Assembly (NCBI GenBank): GCA_963806855.1
Contig: CAWDYW010000001.1
Coordinates: forward strand, 416,001-480,000
From: an uncultured Verrucomicrobiae bacterium
GTDB taxonomy: Bacteria > Chlamydiota > Chlamydiia > Chlamydiales > Rhabdochlamydiaceae
DNA length: 64,000 bases
Direction of reading: 5' to 3'
Numbering within the stretch: the first letter of the stretch is position 1; each line of letters starts with the position of its first letter. Positions 57,754 to 64,000 of the stretch are shown here, piece after piece. The notes below the pieces were generated by a model that saw nothing but the letters and a program-made list of their open reading frames with translations, searched no databases and was not told the DNA's origin. A program made the translations under genes and the position numbers.

Positions 57754-59751
57754 TTATAGTTTTACCCGATTGAGTCGTAGGGCATTCCAAACAACTGAAA
57801 GTGAGCTGAGTGTCATCGCAGCGCTCGCGATCATCGGGCTTAGAAGGATACCAAAAAAAGGATATAAGATTCCTGCGGCAATCGGCACACCCAATGCATT
57901 GTAGAGGAACGCAAAGAAAAGATTTTGCCGGATGTTGCGCACGGTGGCGATGCTTAAATTGCGGGCCCGGGCAATTCCACGCAGGTCCCCTTTCACTAGA
58001 GTGACGCCGGCGCTCTCAATCGCTACATCGGTCCCAGTCCCCATCGCAATTCCCACATCCGCTTGGGCTAGTGCTGGGGCATCATTGATCCCATCGCCCG
58101 CCATCGCGACAATATGTCCTTGCAACTGGAGTTCTTGCACGATTTTGTGTTTTTCTTGGGGGAGGACTTCGGCTTTAATGGTATCGATGTGGAGGCTCTT
58201 TCCGATTGCATTCGCGGTTATCTGATTGTCGCCGGTGACCATGACAATTTGAATTTTTTCTTTGTGAAGCATCTCGATCGCTTCCGGGGTTGTCTCCTTA
58301 ATCCGATCGGATACTCCAAAAAGCCCCGCACTTTTCCCATTTATCGAGATGTAGAGGACCGTTTGCCCGGCACTGCGGAGCGCCTGAGCCTCTGGGATTT
58401 CAGCGATCAGTTTCTGGTTCCCGATCGCCACCTGTTTCCCTTCAATTTTTCCCATGACCCCTTGACCTGTCAGAGATCTAAAGTCCTCAACCTTTAGTAG
58501 GGGAAGGCCGCTCTCCTTCGCCGCAGCGACGATCGCCTTCGAAAGGGGATGCTCGCTGAGGGCCTCAAGACTTGCTCCCAACTGAAGAAGCCGCTCTTCC
58601 GTGCCTTCGAGAGCAATAATCTGATTCAGATGGATCTTTCCCTCTGTCAGGGTGCCGGTTTTATCGACGATGAGCGTATCGACCTTCGCCAGCGTCTCTA
58701 AGGCCTCGGCATTTTTGATCAGCACGCCAGCGGAGGCCCCTTTGCCCACCCCGACCATAATCGACATCGGAGTAGCCAGGCCAAGAGCGCAGGGGCAGGC
58801 GATGATCAGCACTGCGACTGCGTTGATGAGGCCATGGGCAAAAGAGGCAAAAAATCCCCAGATGAAGAAAGTCAGGATAGCCACTAGAACAACAGCCGGG
58901 ACAAAATAGCCAGAGACCTGATCGGCCAATTTTTGGATCGGGGCTTTGCTGCTTTGCGCCTGGCTCACCATCTGGACGATACGGGCTAGCAAGGTCTCAT
59001 CTCCAACCGCTTTAGCCTCCATGATGAAACTGCCGGTCCCATTGAGGGTAGCCCCGGTCACTTTGTCTCCTAGATTTTTTTCGACAGGGATCGACTCTCC
59101 GGTGATCATCGACTCGTCGACTACGCTGCTCCCCTCGAGGAGCACTCCATCTACCGGGATTTTTTCTCCAGGCTTGACCCTTAGGCGATCCCCTTTCTGG
59201 ACCTGCTCTAAGGGGATCGATTCTTCTTGGCCATTGCGGATAACGATGGCCATGGTTGGTGCCAGATTTAGCAAGGATCTAATCGCCCGGCTTGTCTTCG
59301 ATCGGGCTCTCAGTTCGAGGATCTGCCCCAATAGGACCAAAACGGTGATGACCATTGCCGGTTCAAAATAGACCGAGGGCTTTGTGGGAAAGATCGAAGG
59401 AAACAGGGTGGCGATTAGGCTATACGCATAAGCGGTTCCAACGCCTAGGGAAATCAGGGTGAACATGTTGAAGTGGAGGCTTATCCCCCGCTGAAAAAAG
59501 GGGAAGCCGGCCCACAGGACAACGGGAGTGGCGAGCAGGAGTTGAATAAGCGGATAGGCGCCGAGGAAGAAGATCGGCAATGTTAAGACCAGACCGATCC
59601 AAAATCGTCTGGTCATCGCTTTGAGCTCAACATCTTCTTCATCGGAGGGGATCGTCGGCTCTAGATTCATCCCGCAAATGGGGCAATGACCCGGAGTGGG
59701 CTGCCGGATTTGTGGATGCATGGGGCATGTGTAGAGTTTTTGAAGGGCCAT
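57754..59751 (-). CDS. copA: Copper-translocating P1B-type ATPase
   Basis: YTCPMHP..CPICGM metal domain, [32 protein letters not shown] and YN..P. Confidence 0.94.
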   Translation of the reverse strand: MALQKLYTCPMHPQIRQPTPGHCPICGMNLEPTIPSDEEDVELKAMTRRFWIGLVLTLPIFFLGAYPLIQLLLATPVVLWAGFPFFQRGISLHFNMFTLISLGVGTAYAYSLIATLFPSIFPTKPSVYFEPAMVITVLVLLGQILELRARSKTSRAIRSLLNLAPTMAIVIRNGQEESIPLEQVQKGDRLRVKPGEKIPVDGVLLEGSSVVDESMITGESIPVEKNLGDKVTGATLNGTGSFIMEAKAVGDETLLARIVQMVSQAQSSKAPIQKLADQVSGYFVPAVVLVAILTFFIWGFFASFAHGLINAVAVLIIACPCALGLATPMSIMVGVGKGASAGVLIKNAEALETLAKVDTLIVDKTGTLTEGKIHLNQIIALEGTEERLLQLGASLEALSEHPLSKAIVAAAKESGLPLLKVEDFRSLTGQGVMGKIEGKQVAIGNQKLIAEIPEAQALRSAGQTVLYISINGKSAGLFGVSDRIKETTPEAIEMLHKEKIQIVMVTGDNQITANAIGKSLHIDTIKAEVLPQEKHKIVQELQLQGHIVAMAGDGINDAPALAQADVGIAMGTGTDVAIESAGVTLVKGDLRGIARARNLSIATVRNIRQNLFFAFLYNALGVPIAAGILYPFFGILLSPMIASAAMTLSSLSVVWNALRLNRVKL

Positions 59752-59830
59752 TCAAATCGGTTTTAATCTATTGACCGATTTCAATGCAAAGGGCGCGGGG
59801 TATTATAAAGCGCCCTTCAGAGAGAAAATT

Positions 59831-60164
59831 TTAGGCTTTGATCTTGATATCGACGCCGGCTGCGACTGGAAGCACTTTGAGCTTGTCGATCGTGTCGGGT
59901 GTTGGGTTCAGGATGTCGAGCAGGCGGATGTGTGTGCGCATTTCAAACTGCTCGCGCGATTTACGGTCGACGTGAGGCGAGCGGAGGACAGTGTAGATCT
60001 CCCTTTTTGTTGGAAGAGGGATCGGTCCTGCAACTCGTGCGCCTGTACGCTTTAGCTGTTTCGACGATATCTTGCGCTGCGCGATCGAGAACGCGCTGAT
60101 CGTAACCTTTGAGGCGGATTCGGATTTTTTGTTTAGATGTTTGCTTTGTTGGTTGTTTTGCCAT
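59831..60164 (-). CDS. rpsJ: 30S ribosomal protein S10, with an apparent +1 frameshift near 60052 (likely sequence error)
   Basis: [15 protein letters not shown]...ETAK in one frame and [14 protein letters not shown]...[14 protein letters not shown] in another. Confidence 0.9.
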
Positions 60165-60176
60165 TTTAATCCTATA

Positions 60177-62291
60177 TTAAGGCTTTTTCTCTGTGACGAT
60201 TTCTTCTTGAATTTTGTCTGGCACGCTCTCGAAGTGGCTTGGCTCCATCGTATACGTAGCACGGCCGAGATGACATCGAGCGGAGTTGTGTCGAATAACC
60301 AGAACATTTCGCTTAGAGGAACTTCTGCTTCGATTTCAATATGCCCCCTTTTTGAGCATTTTTGGCTCATGATCTTCCGCGGCGACGGTTGATGTCGCCG
60401 ATCACATCGCCCATGGATGCTTCGGGAGTCGTCGACGACGACTTTCATGATCGGCTCTAGGAGGATCGGCTTAGCACTTCCGCGCAGCATCTTTGACGGC
60501 CATCGATCCGCAGATCTTAAATGCCATTTCGTTTGAGTCGACTTCGTGGTAAGAACCGTAGATGATCGAGCACTTTGACGTCGACAAGGTCATAGCCGGC
60601 GAGAACACCAGTGGCGAGGCCGTCGTTAACCCCCTTGATAACGGCAGGGATGTATTCTTTTGGAATGACACCGCCGACAATCTTGCTGACGACTTCGTTT
60701 CCTTTGCCTTTTTCATTCGGCTCGATCTCGAGCAACGACGTGCGCATATTGACCGCGGCCACCGATCTGCTTGACGTATTTGGTCTCGGATTTTGCCTGG
60801 GACGGTGATCGTCTCTTTATAGGAAACTTCAGGTTTGCCGACGTTCGCTTCTACGCTGAATTCGCGGATCATACGGTCGCGCAGAATGTCGAGGTGAAGC
60901 TCTCCCATTCCGGCGATGATCGTCTGACCTGTCTCTTCGTTGGTTGTAACGCGGAAAGTAGGATCTTCTTCAGAGAGCGCTCCAAGCGCCACAGAGAGTT
61001 TTTCTCGGTCGGCTTTCGATTTTGGCTCAATCGCCATCGAAATCACAGGCTCTGGGAATTCCATCTTTTCGAGGAGCAGCGGAGTCTCTTCCATGCAGAG
61101 GGTATCACCGGTGCTGGTGTATTTTAGGCCGATGCAAGCTGCAATATCGCCAGTGTAGAACTCATCGCGATCTTTTCGCTGGTTGGCGTGCATTTCAAGC
61201 AGGCGAGAGATTCTCTCTCTTTTATCTTTAGTTGTATTGTAAACGGGGTCCCTTTTTCGAGGCGTCCAGAATAGATCCGGACGAAGGTCAGACGGCCGAC
61301 ATAAGGGTCGGTCATGATTTTAAATGCTAGCGCAGCGAATGGGCTATCGTCACTTGGCTGCAGTTCCATCGGCTGGTCTGTATCGATGTTGAACCCTTTG
61401 ATCGCGCCACGATCGAGTGGAGAGGGCATCCAGTTGACGATTGCGTCGAGGAGCTGCTGAACCCCTTTGTTTTTAAAGGCTGTTCCGCATAGGACAGGGT
61501 TGAGTTTATTAGCAATCACCCCTTTGCGGATCGCAGCGTGGATCTCTGCTTCGGTGAGCGATTCGGGATTCTCGAGCACTTTCATCATGAATTCTTCTCG
61601 ACTCATCGATGGTAGCGAGCTCTTCGAGCAACTGTGCGCGCATTTCTTTTGCATTTTTCGAGAAGATCAGCAGGAATCGCAACGGTATCGTATTTTGCAC
61701 CCATGGTCTCATCGAGGAAGAGGTAAGCCTTCATCGTGATGAGATCGACCATCCCTTTAAACTCGCCTTCGGCGCCGATCGGGCAGTGGACAGGAATGGC
61801 ATTCGCTCCGAGTTTATCTTTCATCGATTTGACGGCTGTGAAGAAATCAGCGCCGGTACCGGTCCATCTTGTTGATGAACGCGATACGAGGAACTCCGTA
61901 GCGGTCAGCTTGACGCCAAACAGTTTCAGACTGTGGCTGCACGCCGGCAACGGCATCAAACACGGCAACAGCGCCATCGAGAACGCGCAGGGAGCGCTCC
62001 ACCTCAATGGTGAAGTCGACGTGCCCCGGGGTATCGATGATGTTGATCTTTGCAACCATTCCAATAGACAGTCGTCGCAGCGGAGGTGATCGTAATCCCA
62101 CGTTCTTGTTCTTGCTCCATGAAGTCCATGGTCGCAGCCCCTTCGTGCACTTCGCCAATGCGGTGGAGGCGGCCGGAATAGAAGAGAATCCGCTCGGTCG
62201 TCGTCGTCTTACCCGCATCGATGTGGGCCATGATCCCGATATTGCGGACATTTTTCAATTGGTCTGATTCTGGTCGTTGCTTAACTGCCAT
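60177..62291 (-). CDS. fusA: Elongation factor G, broken by many apparent frameshifts (likely sequence errors)
   Basis: [42 protein letters not shown] and LLEPIM are spread over at least nine frame switches. Confidence 0.9.
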
Positions 62292-62305
62292 TTTTCCTCT
62301 TTACC

Positions 62306-62779
62306 TTACCATTTGTAGTGCGCAAAGGCTCGGTTAGCTTCGGCCATGCGGTGTGTATCGTCTTTCTTCTTAATGGTTGCCCCTTGATTTTTAAAGCAGT
62401 CGGCCAGTTCTGATGAAAGGCCATCTTCCATGGAGCGGCCAACTTTGTTGCGGGAGAAACGGATAATCCATCCCATTGCCATCGAAATGCGTCGATCAGT
62501 GGGGATCTCGATAGGGACTTGATAGGTAGCGCCGCCGATACGTCGCGATTTGACTTCTAGAGTGGGCTTCGCATTTTCCAGAGCCTGCTCAAAGGCTTCA
62601 AGGGGATTTTCCGCCTTGACTTTTTGGGCAAATTTCTCAATGGCTTCGTAGACAATCGTACGAGCTGTAGATTTTTTCCCGTCTAACATCACTTTGTTGA
62701 TGAATTTAGAGAGAACAATGCTTTTGTATTTTGGATCTGGGTCAATTTCCCGTTTTTCTGCGCGTCTTCTGCGTGACAT
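62306..62779 (-). CDS. rpsG: 30S ribosomal protein S7
   Basis: MSRRRRAEKR, RRIGGATYQVP and MAEANRAFAHY. Confidence 0.97.
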   Translation of the reverse strand: MSRRRRAEKREIDPDPKYKSIVLSKFINKVMLDGKKSTARTIVYEAIEKFAQKVKAENPLEAFEQALENAKPTLEVKSRRIGGATYQVPIEIPTDRRISMAMGWIIRFSRNKVGRSMEDGLSSELADCFKNQGATIKKKDDTHRMAEANRAFAHYKW

Positions 62780-62796
62780 GAGTGGCAATAGCTCCT

Positions 62797-63168
62797 TTAT
62801 TTAGGCTTTTTAGATCCGTATTTTGAACGGCCTTGTTTGCGGTCTTGGACAGCTGAGCAGTCCAGGGTTCCACGAACGATGTGATAGCGAACACCAGGAA
62901 GGTCTTTCACCCTTCCTCCACGCACGAGAACGATACTGTGCTCTTGGAGGTTATGGCCTTCTCCGCCGATGTAGGCGATGACTTCTTGTCCATTAGATAA
63001 ACGGACCCATGCGACTTTTCGAAGAGCAGAGTTAGGTTTTTTTGGCGTTTTAGTCTTTACTTGTAAGCAAACACCGCGCCTTTGTGGGCATTGGTTCAGG
63101 GCAGGCGATTTCTTTCGTCTGACTTTTGGGCGGCGCCCTTGTCGAATGAGTTGGTTAATGGTTGCCAT
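62797..63168 (-). CDS. rpsL: 30S ribosomal protein S12
   Basis: [10 protein letters not shown] and [12 protein letters not shown]. Confidence 0.98.
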   Translation of the reverse strand: MATINQLIRQGRRPKVRRKKSPALNQCPQRRGVCLQVKTKTPKKPNSALRKVAWVRLSNGQEVIAYIGGEGHNLQEHSIVLVRGGRVKDLPGVRYHIVRGTLDCSAVQDRKQGRSKYGSKKPK

Positions 63169-63308
63169 CGCGGCCAGTCTCCTTCCGGTTTTTCAATAGG
63201 AATAGGACAAACTATATCTTGATCCCGAATTATTTGCAAAGCCTCTCTTCCAAAAGGGGGCAAATATCTGGTGTTAAAATATTTTTAGTTAGGTTACAAA
63301 GAGGAGAA

Positions 63309-64000
63309 ATGAGACCGATACTCCTACTTTCAGCACTTTCGCTTTTCCTCACTTCTGCGGCCAGCTTAAAAAAAGCCGACGTAAAAGAGACCTTTGAAGA
63401 GATGCTCCAATTGCACGTAGAGCATGACCAGATTAACCCGCTGCTCGTCAAGCGGGCCTGCAAAATATTTATTGAGCAGTTTGATTCAGCTAAGATCTAT
63501 CTCTTAGAAGATGAGGTGCAGCGTCTTGCATATCCCGACAAAAAAAAATTAGACACGGGGGTCACTCGCTATCAAAATGACGACCTGTCCCACTTTAATG
63601 ACATGAATAAGGTCGTTTGTCGCGCCATCAAACGGGCTAAGCAGTGGCGCCAGGAATATCAAAAAGAACTCATTCTCTCGGCCCATGATCTACAGCCTGT
63701 TCGAGAGGAGACCTTTCTCAGCTATGCCGAAACTGAAGCGCAGCTTAAAAGCAGGATTCAACATCAGCTTACCCGCATTTTGCTTGAAGAGCGGAAAATG
63801 AACCAACTGGACGACTGGTCACCCCAGGATCGGGAGAAGATTTTCAATCTCTGGGAGAGACGTTTTCAAGCCAGAGAAGAACCCTATCTGACCAAAGGCG
63901 CTGAGGAAGAGCACTACCTCACGTTGCACACCCTCCATGCCCTCTCCAAAAGCCTCGATGCCCACACCGCCTATTTTAGTCCAGAGGAGGCGACCGACTT
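63309..64000 (+). CDS. tsp: Tail-specific protease (S41A, CT441-like); 5' part, runs off the window
   Basis: Manual translation MRPILLLSALSLFL...FIEQFDSAKIYLL...SLDAHTAYFSPEEA; AGGAG RBS; divergent from rpsL as in Chlamydia. Confidence 0.8.
   Translation, partial: MRPILLLSALSLFLTSAASLKKADVKETFEEMLQLHVEHDQINPLLVKRACKIFIEQFDSAKIYLLEDEVQRLAYPDKKKLDTGVTRYQNDDLSHFNDMNKVVCRAIKRAKQWRQEYQKELILSAHDLQPVREETFLSYAETEAQLKSRIQHQLTRILLEERKMNQLDDWSPQDREKIFNLWERRFQAREEPYLTKGAEEEHYLTLHTLHALSKSLDAHTAYFSPEEATD

Noticed and set aside
59754..59817. Copper-responsive operator upstream of copA (short IRs AAATCGGT/ACCGATTT and AAGGGCGC/GCGCCCTT)
   Set aside because: The IRs are short, there is no full CsoR/CueR/CopY consensus, and no regulator is nearby; they could be a terminator or chance.
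60164..60177. Missing tuf between fusA and rpsJ as an anomaly
   Set aside because: This is the normal chlamydial arrangement; tuf lies elsewhere.
59831..62291. fusA and rpsJ as true pseudogenes or programmed frameshifts
   Set aside because: These are essential genes with many indels, no evident substitution decay and no consistent slippery sites; this fits sequencing error.

Overview
This 64-kb window comes from an environmental Chlamydiota genome. The assignment rests on chlamydia-type gene order: sctJ-CT560-like-sctL-sctR; PiT-DUF47; rluB/gpmA-nifS/nifU-birA-rodA; rpsL-rpsG-fusA-rpsJ without tuf and divergent from tsp. The housekeeping backbone is interrupted by several accessory blocks. 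(i) 4.5-16.5 kb: an Inc-like effector array. Three genes share a duplicated promoter/N-terminal cassette, and an unknown ~310-aa domain is present four times. (ii) 18.9-30.2 kb: an immune-like island encoding a degenerate GTPase/coiled-coil protein, a candidate MACPF/CDC-like pore former, TIR-TPR, membrane NB-ARC-TPR, caspase-TPR and an XRE regulator. This is the best candidate for an undescribed system. (iii) Four tandem membrane-anchored Fic proteins. (iv) A tandem J/J-like-domain membrane protein, an HTH-Fic gene with upstream direct repeats, and two clan-CD-like His-Cys proteins. (v) A complete N-type ATPase operon plus NhaD. Two ~150-170 bp palindromic elements share a conserved hairpin tip, and a 29-bp palindromic direct repeat brackets one hypothetical gene. 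fusA and rpsJ carry many frameshifts that are most likely sequencing or assembly errors. No rRNA, tRNA, CRISPR array or transposase was recognised. All family calls are by-eye motif recognition; no database searches were run.
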